A stretch of DNA of 64,000 bases, taken from NCBI RefSeq assembly GCF_040938485.1, contig NW_027271236.1:1984001-2048000 (forward strand), written 5' to 3'. The stretch is from Diadema antillarum. Taxonomy: Eukaryota. Both the position numbers and the translations under genes were made by a program. Positions 38,501 through 50,820 of this stretch are shown one piece after another; positions within the stretch are counted from its first letter, which is position 1; every line of letters begins with the position of its first letter. The notes under the pieces are model-generated. The model saw only the letters and a program-made list of their open reading frames with translations, was not told the DNA's origin and did not search any database.

Positions 38501-38773
38501 AAGTTGAACTTTGAGAAGTTTTACCAGTGTGACCGTGGCTACAGACTGTTTTTGGCTAAAGTCTAAAATTAGTGATCTCTTCCTTCCTTGTCATTCAACC
38601 AGGAGTTGTACCCAGCCTTTTGTATCCACCATGGAGGCAGTGAGTCCGGCCGACTCCCGACGGCCAGCACCTGTATGAACCTCCTCAAGCTGCCCGAGTT
38701 CCATGATGAGAAGACGCTCCGTGAGAAGCTGCTCTACGCCATCGAGTCTGGGGCTGGCTTTGAACTCAGCTGA
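17506..38773 (+). CDS. UBE3C: Ubiquitin-protein ligase E3C (IQ motif + HECT domain), complete, 21 coding exons, 1076 aa
   Basis: Exons 17506-17571, 19649-19702, 20277-20486, 20991-21103, 23224-23375, 23795-23945, 24530-24777, 25624-25772, 26536-26717, 27262-27348, 28074-28228, 29644-29867, 31256-31363, 32046-32219, 33085-33226, 33662-33906, 34500-34621, 35342-35432, 35883-35981, 37405-37692, 38603-38773 (3231 nt, all GT-AG, phases consistent). N-terminus [22 protein letters not shown]; IQ motif [12 protein letters not shown]; HECT motifs [42 protein letters not shown] (catalytic Cys codon 38672-38674); ends GAGFELS. Confidence 0.97.
18199..18720. repeat. Three tandem units of about 169 bp
   Basis: Units start at 18199, 18368 and 18537 (gcagcaacatcaggagaatggc...gcgagc...gaaaattttgacattttacagtcc...); the array ends in ggatccgcca. 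Confidence 0.85.
19312..19490. repeat. Minisatellite, 3 units of about 57 bp with poly-C
   Basis: ccccc-tgtagttaa(c/t)aatactaaacattaattata(t/c)gatatg repeated three times. Confidence 0.85.
22143..22974. mobile_element. PIF/Harbinger-like non-autonomous element with duplicated left TIR
   Basis: TIR-like AGGCC(G/C)TG(A/T)CACACCTTTCCGGGCAAGC at 22143 and again at 22311; its reverse complement ends at 22974; T/A-rich flanks. Confidence 0.62.
26007..26129. mobile_element. Tourist/Harbinger-like MITE
   Basis: TIR ctgggccctgttttat...ataaaacgggacccag. Related TIR fragments at 1-149 and about 62777-62870. Confidence 0.6.
29238..29597. mobile_element. TTAA/Kolobok-like non-autonomous family (about 380 bp), copy 1 of 6
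   Basis: AGGGAT...ATCCCT|TTAA termini; shared core (aatggctgagatatccaaaa, ccgattttcatcaaataaactttgaattcctct). Other copies at 36676-37059, 42693-43059, 49270-49650, 55602-56004, 58120-58501. Confidence 0.82.
30781..31151. mobile_element. TA-flanked MITE family C in UBE3C intron 12
   Basis: tactgtatat...atatacagta termini; inverted relative at 32699-32942. Confidence 0.78.
31890..31997 (-). mobile_element. tRNA-derived SINE remnant
   Basis: Minus strand: A-box-like tcagtggttaa and B-box ggttcaagtccc, followed by gggcaaggcact. Similar B-box remnants at about 28320, 40125 and 45437. Confidence 0.55.
32699..32942. mobile_element. TA-flanked MITE family C, inverted copy, in UBE3C intron 14
   Basis: Both ends match the reverse complement of the ends of 30781-31151. 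Confidence 0.78.
36094..36420. repeat. Higher-order minisatellite (49/33-bp units) in UBE3C intron 19
   Basis: Units built from 16-17-bp subunits that each start gtagt. Confidence 0.88.
36676..37059. mobile_element. TTAA/Kolobok-like family copy, inverted relative to 29238
   Basis: TTAA|AGGGTGTGTACAG start; core is the reverse complement of the 29238 and 58120 copies. Confidence 0.75.
38023..38541. mobile_element. Degenerate Harbinger-like element with a nested piggyBac-like MITE (38374-38497)
   Basis: Outer ends tagtaactgtgatcacaatggcaaaactt / aagttttaccagtgtgaccgtggcta. Inner element (a)taa|CCCGTTGAGGAC...GTCCTCAACAGG|TTAA carries an internal 39-bp tandem duplication. Confidence 0.55.
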
Positions 38774-41606
38774 GAGCAGAGGAAACATGGACTGATTTAT
38801 TTCATGATGTGTGATGGTGCTACTGTCCTGATCTCCGCAGCAAGTTGGTAATTTGGAAGCCGTCTGCGGGCGATCTCTTAGGATGAACAAAGCAGGACAA
38901 GAATTCCATATGCTAGCTAGTGGTTTGATGTAATGGCCTAAAATGATGATGGACTGATCAGACTGTAGCCCCATACTCCATACCAACGCTTCATCAAAAA
39001 GACTGGGCTGGTAGTGACAAAGAAACTCATCCCCAGTGATGGATATTTCAGTGGATGACTGCAGAGAGAGCAGATGAGAGAACAAGGAAGGCAGGCCAGA
39101 GAGGTCTGTAAGCTGATAAATACTGGCTCCTAGATGGAAGTGGAGGAAAACTTGCAATGAGGTTCAGATCAACCTACAAATGTAAAAGAGCTCCTTTCTG
39201 GCTGAGGGATCTAGTGTGATGTATTCTTCATTGAGTTCACAATTGTACAGAAACAAGTATCTAAAAAAACCATACAAACTCCAGTAATCTTTGTACCGTG
39301 GCTAACCGAAATCATCTTGTATATCAATAAAGTGAACATATAGTTATATGGCACTGAGCTTGCAAGTATATTGAATGAACTGTGTCATGCTCTCGAAAAG
39401 ACATGTGCTTAAGACATGTTTGTCATATTGAAACGTGTACTTATGTGATTAGATGACATGAACATATATCAGGCTTATATTGAATGTTGATTCATATTGG
39501 AATTATTTTGATTTGTCTATGAAATCAATAAATTGATGTGTAGGGGATTGGGAAAGTCATATATTGTAACAATTTTGATTAAAATTTTACTTTCATTTAT
39601 TTGATATCTCTATTCAATAGGTTATGATTCTACAGTGCAATGGAGTAGGGCCTATGTACCAAGTTATGGGGTATTCTGTGTGTACAGTGAAAAGGTTAGC
39701 AATTATAATGTATTTGGATGTTGAAGTTTGAATTGATATATGCAACATGCCTTGAAATTCTCTGACGTACAACTTTGTGGCACATTGAAAAATGTGTGTG
39801 TGGAATGTCTACAGGTGTTGGTTTCTAACCAACACCTGTTTGCATTGTCCGAGGTTGAGTGTATTATCAAAGGAGCATGTGGCCAATTAATGAGACAAAA
39901 CGCTGACTTTATCATGGTGGCCAAGTAGTAAGTTGCATTGTTGTACTGGTGGCTGGTGTGTATTGACATTATCTGGAGGTTAGGAAATTCATATCTCGAT
40001 GTGAAAAAAGTAATTCTCTATTCTCATCAAGGAAATTGAACAGCACAGTATGATACTGCTCAGCTGTGTTGATTTGTGATGAGTGAGCATTAACCGGGGA
40101 ATGTCTTTGCTGGATGTGGAAAGTCACTGGTTCAAATCTTGAGGTAAACAACTGATCCTATTTACATACATATGTGTGCATGGGGAGTGGAGTCTACCTA
40201 CTGTTCTCATATCCTATGCAGCAGTTGCATTCAAAACGGTTAAAGAAAGACTTTATTCTTTCAGAGAGAATACATGTGCAAGATCCCTGTATGTTAAGCC
40301 CTGCAACCAGTGAGCTTTGAGGGTCAGAGGTCAAAGGTCAGAGTATAGGTCAAGAATGAAGCTTTTCTTCCTTGTCTCTGTAGACAGATCATTAGTGATT
40401 GCCAATAGACACCGCACAGTAGCAGGCCGGCCTATTGTGTGAAATGACTAGATGAATGGAACAAATAGTTGGAATGTGATTTTCACATTGCATTTTGTCC
40501 CTTGAGACTTTTGAAGCTAACAGCAGGGGGACATACCAGTGGACATGGTATTTTGAGTGTCATAGCTATTTCCTCATTTTATTCCTCCATGAAAATTTCT
40601 AGACTGAGAATATTATGAAAAAGGGAGATGGACATAGTCTTTAGTAATTCTGTCTTTACAAAAATATCACTAATGTGAGGCAGAAATGATTATGAGAATA
40701 TGCTGTATTATTACTATTAGGTCACATATGTATTCTGTCATCTTTCAGTGTTTAGTTGAGTCTCCATCACCAAACAGCTACCAGTATATTATACAGATGG
40801 TAAAAGGAAGTGATAAGATGGTATAAAGATATGAGTATTGACTGTCTGTGTGACCAACAGTGTTTCCATCTAATGAAAACATAAATGTTTTTTCCTTTTG
40901 TGTAGGCTTTCATTGTCACAGAAGAATACAGCATGAAAGGTCTCACAGCTCCATGTCAAAATGTTTGCCTTCTGAGAGGCGTAGTATGCATTTATCTTGT
41001 TTCATTCTAATCATTTATATTCCTCAGAAATACTCTGCAAATGCAAGTGGTGTTGATGTAGTGTAAGCATTATTACACAAAATTGTGAGCATGGTTCTAA
41101 CAAAATTAACAACATGGTTTTGCAATGATGTAGGTACTTCAGCTTCATTTCTCCTAGTCATATTTTAAAAGGTAAAGGTTCTGTAATGTCCTAATGTTTA
41201 AAATATGTCAGAATGGTAACCAAAACTCATTGGCCAGGGTGTATCGATTGCCTTTATTGTCGATATCACTTTGTTGACATTGCACACCACTGAATTAAAC
41301 ATGTTACTGTACACTCTCATGTCAAATATATATATCTATGCTAGAAAAGTTGCCAAATGAAATCTTATGATGCATACTTATGCTAGATATTATCAAGGCA
41401 TGAAAACATTCACTTTTTTCACAAGCTTGTGCAACGAGTGAGGTGGAAAATGCATTGATCAAGTCGTGCCGAAACGCATGCTTTGTATGCATTTTGACAC
41501 AAAGAATATATATATATTTATCAGCCAAACGTGATTACAATGTATTATGTTCCATGTCAAAGTGGAATGTTTATGGATATTTAAGAGTGTTTCTATGATG
41601 TCCGCT

Positions 41607-41612
41607 AATAAA
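41607..41612 (+). promoter_or_regulatory. Candidate distal polyadenylation signal for UBE3C (3' UTR about 2.8 kb); more proximal AATAAA near 39328 and 39527
   Basis: AATAAA followed by T/GT-rich sequence at the end of a repeat-poor stretch after the stop codon. Confidence 0.35.
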
Positions 41613-41912
41613 GATTTTTATGTGTAATGAACTTGCATTCTTGTTTTGCAGATTCTGTTAAGTCGTTGTGTCCGTGGTGCCCTATGTTCAACTAGCTGCT
41701 GTATTATCTCCCCAATATTCGTATTAATATGTATTGTATTCATTTATGCTGCAGTTTCTCTAAGTTATAATGAGTCTGAAACAAATGCGATATAAGTATG
41801 ATAATACATAAGTAATTGGTGTAATTCTGTCTCTGGCTTAAAAGTTTTCTCATTTGATAATATAGTGTGTATATCTCAGCATCTGTCATATAATTCAATT
41901 ATTGTTTCAAGG

Positions 41913-42383
41913 CAGGGCTCGACACTAACGGTGCCCCGGTGACCCGGGGCCACCAAAAATGAAAGTCGGGCCACCAAATTTCAAAAAAGGGCAAATTTGG
42001 TGGCCCGCCTCGGGCCACCAAAATTTTTTGAAAAGTGTCAGTTAAGATGTTGCAACCCATGTGCCTGTCAATGAATATTCATACTTGGTCTTACCATTCA
42101 GCAGTTAAATTTGTTTAAAGGATGGATGAAAAGGACTGAATGAGTGCCTTAGAGTGAGTGTTGCGAGTTTGTTGAGGTTTATTTATGAGTAGATATGTCC
42201 AACTTCCAATTCTTACTATGATAAAACTTAAATATTTGACTCATCAAAAAAAGCAGGAATTTTAATGTCTTTATTGTTTTTTGGGGGCCACCAAATTTTT
42301 CTCTCGGGCCACCAAAAATTTGAAATTGATGATTTTGGTGGCCCCATCGGGCCAACAAATGAAAAAGTTAGTGTGGAGCCCTG
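41913..42383. mobile_element. CAG...CTG MITE with 5-bp TSD
   Basis: TIR CAGGGCTCGACACTAAC / GTTAGTGTGGAGCCCTG; direct repeat CAAGG at 41908-41912 and 42384-42388; repeated ggccaccaaa subterminal motif. Confidence 0.8.
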
Positions 42384-42692
42384 CAAGGCAACGTAATTTT
42401 CAATTCAAGAGTTTCACAAGCTTTGCAGCAGTCTGTTGTTTGGCCACTGTTGTACTCTTCTGCTTCATGAGACTGTGACTTTGTGTGATGTGATCGTACT
42501 TTACTGTTATGTTTGTCTGTTTGTGTGTGAATGCCTGTGTACATTTTGTGTGTTAATGCATGTGTGTGTGTGTGTGTGTGCACTTGTACATGTTTCAATC
42601 AGGCACCAACATTGCAGCAGTGGGGAAGTTCGTAATGAATTCACTGTTCGACACGAATTGAGAACAGAGTACATGTACTTTCCTTGACTTAA

Positions 42693-43059
42693 AGGGATGG
42701 TATAGTAATGGTGGCGAAGAGGATTGGGCTTTTAACTTTTTGCGAGATACCAAGAAGCCACTTATGAAATAGGACAGAGCATACTGTTCTAAGAGGAATT
42801 CAGAGTTTATTTGATGAAAATCGGTTTTGGAATGGCTGAGACATCAAAAAACAAAGAAAAACAATGCGACCGTGATAAAAGATGGGTCCCACCATTTATC
42901 AGGATTGCTCTATTTTTATCTTCACAAAATGAACAGTAAATTCCTCTTGGAATTACATTTTCTTTCCTATTTCAGAAGAGGTTTCTCGTTATCTCACCAA
43001 AAGAAAAAAAAAATGTTAGAAACGTGAAAGTAGGTCTAAACAGAAACTATATGATCCCT
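42693..43059. mobile_element. TTAA/Kolobok-like family copy
   Basis: TTAA at both ends; family core sequence. Confidence 0.8.
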
Positions 43060-44674
43060 TTAAAAGAGAGCTAGTCTGATCTTGACCTACTTAACTACAA
43101 CTAATGATGCGACTTGGTTCAGACTTGAGTCATTACATAACAGAACCAACATGAATGGACATTACCTGAAAGAAAAGTCCACATTTTAGAATACATCATG
43201 AAATTCCCCTATTGGTTGCCAGATCTTTTGCACTCTTTCAAATACATAGACAGTTATAGTACAATGTTATAGCATCACACTACTGAGTTCTCTATCAAAA
43301 GTTCCCGACCCAAATAGGTTTTGAGCAAAGTGAGTGGACTTTACAGGGCTACTTTTGTTGTAATGTTCATTGGTCATCTTAACTCATATAAGTGCACTTC
43401 CAAAAGGAGATTCTTTTCCAGTCTTAACAAAGATGTTTCGGTGTAATTCTTCTTTCCTAAAGTAATCTAATTGTCATAAAAACAGTGAATCAAAGTGGAT
43501 CTGAACTTGAAAAGTGACAAGGTCCCCCCTCCCCCTAAAAAAACCCAAACAAAAACCAAACAGAAATGTTTTTGAGATTGTTCCAGTGACGCTGTTATTG
43601 GCTTAGAGCCAGAGTGGCATCAATGCTACACAATGACATAATTTTGATCACCACCGTCATCGTGAGGACAAAAGGCCAATAAATGGAGACTTGAATACCA
43701 CTTCCATTCAACATTCAGCTTTCAGTCTACCCTTACCTTCTCGTCATTCAGTGGTTCATGCCTCACGTCCCTTTGACAATTCACCAAAGGAGGAAGTAGG
43801 TTGGTCTCATCATCTGTACATTTTTTATCCCCAGTGAATGAATTGATCATGCCCCCCACCCACATAAAATGAATGAAAAGCCAGCACTATCAAGAAATAA
43901 CATTCAACATCGTGGAACAAAATGTTGCGACAGAGTGGTTACGTTATCACCAAATGCTGCCACCCCCCAAAGAGTATATACCGACAGTAAATGAAATTTA
44001 TGAATTAAGGGCAAAGGAGCTTCCGCAATCACTATAAATAGAACAGGAGAATTGGTAAATCATGTGATAGTTCAATCACAAGTCATACCAACATACTAAA
44101 CCAATCAATTGCATCTACGCCTTGTGTTTGAGTTTGCAGCATACATGTACTTTGTAATTTCACCCTGGTCATATTCTAGGTATTATTAGTGCATGATATA
44201 GTTTGAATCTGCATGCTATTGTGTACTGAATTTCCATGAGTTTATCTTATCACATTGTTTTCACATCTTGAAAGTACATGTTCTCAAGATTCATCTAGCT
44301 TGAAGACTCAGAATAGGCCATTTTGTTTTTGTTTTTTTTTTCAAATCTGGATATAGTCATCACACACACACACACACACACAGATGTATGGTGTACAGAA
44401 TTGTCAAGCACATGCAGTAACAGGATCATAGCAGTCTAGATGAGTATCTCATTAACAGTCATGGCTGTCTTTGTTTATCATGGTTGCCTTTGTTGTCATG
44501 GTTACGAGTTAAATCTTGATGACTTCAAGCACTGATATCACCACTACCACAAAAGTTGGGGATGAAATGACTGCTGAGGTAGTATTGTTAATGACATGGA
44601 TACCTCATCTGAAAACACCAGCTCGTTAGCATCATCTTCATCACAATACATGTTCAGTCATGTCACACTCATTA

Positions 44675-44832
44675 CAGGGACAGATCCAGGAATTCCATAA
44701 AGAGGGGGTGCCTTTACAAAATTGAAGGGGATGCACACATCGCCCCTCCATTATTTCTTTTTATTTCTTTTGTTTTAACTAAAAATAAAGTGGGGGCACA
44801 TGCCCGGTGCACCCCTCCTGGATCCGCCACTG
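44675..44832. mobile_element. CAG...CTG MITE (GGATCCGCCACTG family) with 5-bp TSD
   Basis: CAGGGACAGATCCAGG...CCTGGATCCGCCACTG; direct repeat CATTA at 44670-44674 and 44833-44837. Related ends near 13534 and 18707. Confidence 0.75.
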
Positions 44833-45037
44833 CATTATCCTTACTTTCCATCACTATCAGTATACAGTCATCATATTTGTCATCGTCATGGTAACACATC
44901 TTCTCAGCATCATCAGGAGTGCATCACTTCTCCCAAAACAAATCAAGTCTCCCACAAAACAAATCTCCATCCAATGGTACACAGATGCTACAAAAATCCA
45001 TCCAAATAATGTTGCAAAATGATCCATTTGGTTCTCC

Positions 45038-45074
<37 letters not shown>

Positions 45075-45424
45075 TCTCTCTCTCTGTCCTCTCTGTCTCA
45101 CTGTATTGCAGTCAATACAAACATCAGACACAACCACTCTGCATATCAGCCTATATATTTCATGCAAAAACAGCCAGGAACAAGACATTATATCATGTAA
45201 AATTACAGATTTCTTTATTGAAATATATACATATTGTATATAATATTCAAGGCTTATTACACTTGTCAGGAATCCACGCAGCGTTGATTCCTAGCAATAG
45301 AAATCAATTTAACAAATAACCTGTACCGGTACTTGACAAGTTGTGAATGAATGGATAAAATCCACCACATACATTTGTCAGAATGCGAACTGAAAATGGA
45401 GCTTAAAAACATATGTTCATAAAT

Positions 45425-45510
45425 TATAAGGCCCCTGGTTCAAGTCCCTTGCCAGCTGCAGATACAAGTGTCTCCTAGGCTAGGTACTTTGTTCTCATTG
45501 CCTAGGGTGG
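45425..45510 (+). mobile_element. tRNA-derived SINE remnant
   Basis: cctggttcaagtcccttgc...tcctaggctaggtactt parallels the 31890-31997 copy. Confidence 0.5.
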
Positions 45511-48500
45511 GCTCTTGTACAATGTAGCTATTCAGACTATGCTTCTTCAGTAGTTGCATACACTAAGAATCAATCATATCTTTCTGACTTGACCAGTGTC
45601 ACAAACAGATTAGTTATAATTTTTGCACACTATTTATACTATATGTATTCTATGATGTGCAATATTTCTTCTTCTAATCGCACATTTACAAATTCCTAAA
45701 CTTTTTGTCTGCAGAAATTCCAGTTTTAAGAAATATATGATGCACAACAAAAACAAAACACTTGCACCACTACACACAAAGGAATTTTATTAGTAAAACT
45801 TTAGAAAATGGTATGTTTTTGTTTTTGTTTTCTTCTGGAAGGGTAAAGTAATACTGAATGTTACTTTGACTGAAATGCAGCAAAAAACAACAACAAACAA
45901 ACAAACAAACAAAACATAATGCCTCCGGCAACCACCACCTCGTGGCAGCGGCATTGAAAAAATACATGATAATATTCAGTGTGGGCAAAGTGCATTGCAA
46001 GCATTTGTACTTATCTTCTTACTGTTTTTCAATGGAATCACTTTTCACATATCATTCCTTAATGGAATATGTGATTACAGTGTTAATATGGAAATGACAC
46101 AAAGTTTTGTTGTTGCTGATATAGCTACAGCCAATAAAGGAGGAAAAATTGTGATAAGAATAATTATCTGTTCTTGACTTTCCAAACAGTTACTTTCTCA
46201 CAGTAACAAGCTCTCTTATATTTCATACACGTACTTATTGCTGCTACTCCTTAATTTTTCCATCCTCTAAAAAAAGCAATAACAAGAAAAAACAACAAAC
46301 AACAACAAAAAACTTTAAAACAACAACAAAAACAATAGATTCATCCAGGTAACAGAACAATAAAATGGAGGGCAGTTTACATGGTTCATACAGTGTATGC
46401 TGAACTGGCAGTCAAAGATATTTTGGATATTACAATACAGTCGAGTACTTTATCTTTATGGCATCATGCTTATAAATGAAGAGCTGTGCACTACCAACTC
46501 TGCAAAATGCTAATGGTGCGAGAAAATTCAAGATTTCACCTAGCTTATTGAAATATGAATAAATAGTATGAGAAAAGTAAGAATGGAGTAATGGCCATTT
46601 CAACTGAGGTGGACAATCCAGATAGGAATTGTCACAAATGAACAACCTCTCCTTTCAATATTTCAGTAACTAAATTTACATCCTGCTATCACACTAATTC
46701 ACGACCAAATGGCAATTGCAAGATAAAGAACAAAAAGTGTGCATGTTCCTTTAATATCTTTGGTGAAGAGGCAGAAAAAGGAAGCTCTGAACTTGACAAA
46801 AAAAAAAAACACCTCTGACTTCACAGGGCACGTGGCAGTATAGAATGGCAATAATAAGTTATTTGATTTCATAGTCAAAGTCACAATAAGTGGCATAGAG
46901 CAAAGATTTAAAGTACCTCTTTGAATACTAATTGGAATGTCATTCCTTGTAAGTACAAACAATAGCTACATGAAGACTAGGCTTTAGGCTTTATTTTATG
47001 TCTACTACATCAAGAACTATCGTATCTCTGATAACAACACCAAATGCTTGATCCCTAATTCCTGCCTTCACTCCTACAGTGGGCCAAACCAGATCATTGA
47101 ACAGCTTGAGAGAACATTGTTAGACATTTCTAGACAAAAGTGCCAACTACACAAAGTTGTTTCCATCTTATCAAGCTAGTATCTAAATCATCTCATGTTC
47201 CTAACATGCAGGTGGTGAAACTAATCTCTGCAATAATGACTGGCATTGTTTTGCTGAGGTTAGCAGTTTACTGCATGTTGTTTTTATTCATTTTTATGGC
47301 AAGTTTCCTGTGCTTCCTATACTTCCTGCACACTTCTACCATGGATATCCGGCTCAAAACTGCATTGACATTGCAAACAATTAGGTTTTCAAAGGTGTTG
47401 GCAGATTGAATCAATCATTTAAAAACAATGAATTTTATATTTGTCTATTATACAAATAAAGAAAGACCATATTATAGCAGATGGTGTATAAAAATGAGTA
47501 TCACAATAATATAAATTATATCAAAAAATCTTTGCTACTTTATATCTATTCACTGCAATATGATAAATGTAGAGTATATCAATATTCCATGATATAAACT
47601 GTGACAAGCTACAGTGTAGCTGAAGTACTGAGATACTAACAGAAAGACCTGTGCAAACCTCGTAAACTATTGAGCTGAATATACACTGTATCTTGCATAT
47701 ACAATAATTGCATTTATATTAATCATGACATCAACTCCAAACCTGAAATCTGTGATTAGTACAGCCACAAAACCCTTTATGATCTATTCACAAGTTACCC
47801 ATGTATTTCAACCCTCACGCCATTTTCACCCATGTAAACACAACAGTAATACAAGAACAGAATTATAATCACAAAGCGTATTTCAGATTTTTACAAATGT
47901 AGTATGCATTAAAAGATATCTATACACAATCTTTTGTAAAGCAATTCAGAATACAATATAAAACATTGATATGGCAGTAAATTCATAATAAACAGTACAC
48001 ATAACATTATTTAGCAAGCATATACTGTACACTTGTCAAATTCTTTTTTTTTTTCTCAGAAGGTAGTACATCTGTATTAGGTTCCATGACATTAGCTCCT
48101 GCTACTATTGCCCTCATGAAATACCTGCAAGCTCAGCCAAACATAAATATTACCCACAAACATTACCCTAAGCCTAATCCTAATCCTCACATCAACTTAT
48201 AAATTCTAAAACCCTATCATAACCCTAACCCTAAGACCTTGGAGAAAATAAGACTGCGACAGTTGTCCCCGGAGCAAATGTTTGTGTCACCAAATATCAG
48301 AATTGCCAGTCATTCACATCTTACAGTGATTATGACGAGAACACCTCGTCTAAATTGAACTCACCGTTTTGAATGTTTACACAAGAGAAGCTGCTATCCT
48401 AATCCTATTAGGATTTAACTGCCATACCCAGCATTACCAACGGTTAGCTCTCTCATGACAGAGACCCCCCCCCCCCTCCTTTGTTTTTATCTCAGTCTGG

Positions 48501-49269
48501 CAAGTGTAAAATGACTGCATGCATGGGTGCACGCACACATCAGAGTGCTTTGCCGCACATTGCTGTTGCTATGTTGTCATGAGTATTCTCTCTGCCATTT
48601 CTACATGCCGGGGAGGTTGGAAGGGACTTCCCCACCTCTCAGAATATGATTTCTTCATACAATTCAGGTTTTAGACCTTGCAATCCCCTAAAACAGTGTT
48701 GAATCAATCCCTAGACTAGAGTGGTAAAGAACTCTTGCAGAGAAAAAAAAAATTCCTGCACAAATAAAGATTGCACTTTCTTTAATACGTAATAAAAAAA
48801 AATTGTGCAGCTTGTGTTTGGTAGAAAATTAACACAAAATTACGATGCCCACATCACAATCATGCAACAAGAAGTAATTTGGTCATCAACAATGCATTTC
48901 CACTGCCGCAAATGTATAAGTGCCTTTGATGTAGACTACACATCTACAAACTGGTGCTGAAATAATCCTCAAACCCGAGTTGGAGGAGGAGTTGCACGTC
49001 TAAAATCTCTCCTAACTCGGGTCTGGGGATTATTTCGACACCGTTTTCTAGATAAGGGTAGTCTGAATTCCAGACCCTTTGCCAATTAGATCAATTTTGC
49101 CACTCGTGTATGGATTCAAAGGAGTACTTTCTTCTGTTATAGGTCAATGTTTGTACAAGGGATTAACTGTGTAGATAAGAAGCTTGGCTGGTGAGACAAA
49201 ACGGTGTCGAAAACCCTAGCTAAGCATTGTTTTACTCGGGTTGCTTTAGACGGACTGTATCCCTTTGAA

Positions 49270-49650
49270 AGGGATCGTATAGTTTTGGTTGAGACCTAAT
49301 TTCAGGTTTGTAACATTTTTTGGTGAGATAATGAGAAACCCTTTATGAAATATGAAAGAGCATGTAATTCCATGAGGAACTCAACGTTTACTTGATGAAA
49401 ATTGTTTTTGAAATGGCTGAGATATCCAAAACAGAGCGATTCTAATAAGTGTGGGACCCACACTTTATTACGATCGCTTTGTTTGACTTTGTTTTTGGAT
49501 GATTCAGTCATTCCAAACCCGATTTTCATCAAATAAACTTTGAATTCCTCTTAAAATGGTATGCTCTGTACTATTTCATAAGTGGTTTATTGGCATCTCG
49601 CAAAAAGTTAAAAGCCCAATTCTCAACTCCACCAATACTGTACCATCCCT
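49270..49650. mobile_element. TTAA/Kolobok-like family copy
   Basis: AGGGATC...CCATCCCT|TTAA; high similarity to the 29238 copy. Confidence 0.8.
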
Positions 49651-50055
49651 TTAAACCTTGTATATGTTGCTCACTTATGCCTCAGGAAGACGATATTCAA
49701 ATTTTTAGAAAGTTCATGTAGCACTTTTCTCTCAAACTAGAACTGCCAACATTCACTCATCAAAATTCTATACTGGTATATTCCAAAGAGCAAACAGGAA
49801 GATACTGTATTTAAAGTGAATGTTACATACATCTCAGTTAGAATATTATAATCCCAAATCAGGGAGGCTCTCATATTCTCTTCTCATGAAGACATATTTC
49901 AGTTTTTAGGGAGTCACCTGTAAACTTTGCAACTCAGTCTGTCTCAAACTTTTCCATACAAGATTATGATTTCATGATAGATTTGTATTAGTACCAACCA
50001 TGGTCCAGTTGGTAAAATCTTAAATTTGACCTGCACATTGGTCTTGGACAAAAAC

Positions 50056-50267
50056 TACTGTAAGAGCGGAAATTTTCGCGGTGTTGAAATTTTCGTGCAT
50101 TTCGCGTAACCAGAAACTAGCATGGAAATAAACGCACATGAATGTTTTTGCTTGCCATAAGTTCATGTGTGATGTCTTGATTCCGTGGAATTAAAAACAA
50201 GCGAAACACTTCTTACCTGGCCAAGCACGAAAAATTAGTCACGCAAAAAATATCCACTTTTACAGTA
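50056..50267. mobile_element. TA-flanked MITE family B copy
   Basis: tactgtaagagcgga...tccacttttacagta; collinear with 1012-1224. Confidence 0.78.
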
Positions 50268-50651
50268 TGTATCTTTCTACAAACTTTAAAAAAAAAGTAC
50301 TGAAATATGTAATGAAAGACAATGGTCAAGATTGCCACCTTTCATTAAGTGTCAACCAACTTGATTTATGCTGCATTGTGGCTAATTGTGAAAAAAACAT
50401 GGACTGATGGTGTAACATATAAACAAACCTCTGACAAGGCAGTTTGCTGACACAAAGGCTTTTATAGCTCCTGGCATCCATGAATCAGTACTTAAAATAG
50501 GTCATGATTCAATCATAATATGTCATAGTTAGCTGACTACCAGATCTATCTGCCCCATATATCTTTTTATTACATCAACATCTACAGCGGCATGGTTGTG
50601 GAATTTTCCGAGTGCGAATATGCGAGGAGAAATTTGCTTATTGGTAGGCCT

Positions 50652-50820
50652 ATATTCTACACAGTGGGTGTATGTACACAGTATGATGTACACAATGTGG
50701 TATTTATACACAGTGTTGTGTGTAATGTACACGGTGGTGTGTTTGTACACAGTGTGGTGCATATGTACAGTGTCATATGTACAGCCAGTGTGCATTGTGT
50801 ACACAGTGTAGTTACAATGT
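50652..50820. repeat. Degenerate gtacacagtg minisatellite
   Basis: Repeated (g)tacacagt(g/a)tg units of variable length. Confidence 0.7.

Noticed and set aside
38771-39157. Stop-codon readthrough of UBE3C, or the antisense 188-aa ORF 38591-39157
   Set aside because: The stop context is TGA-GAG, not the TGA-CTAG readthrough motif, and the protein ends at the conserved GFELS. The antisense ORF has no motif and overlaps the last exon.
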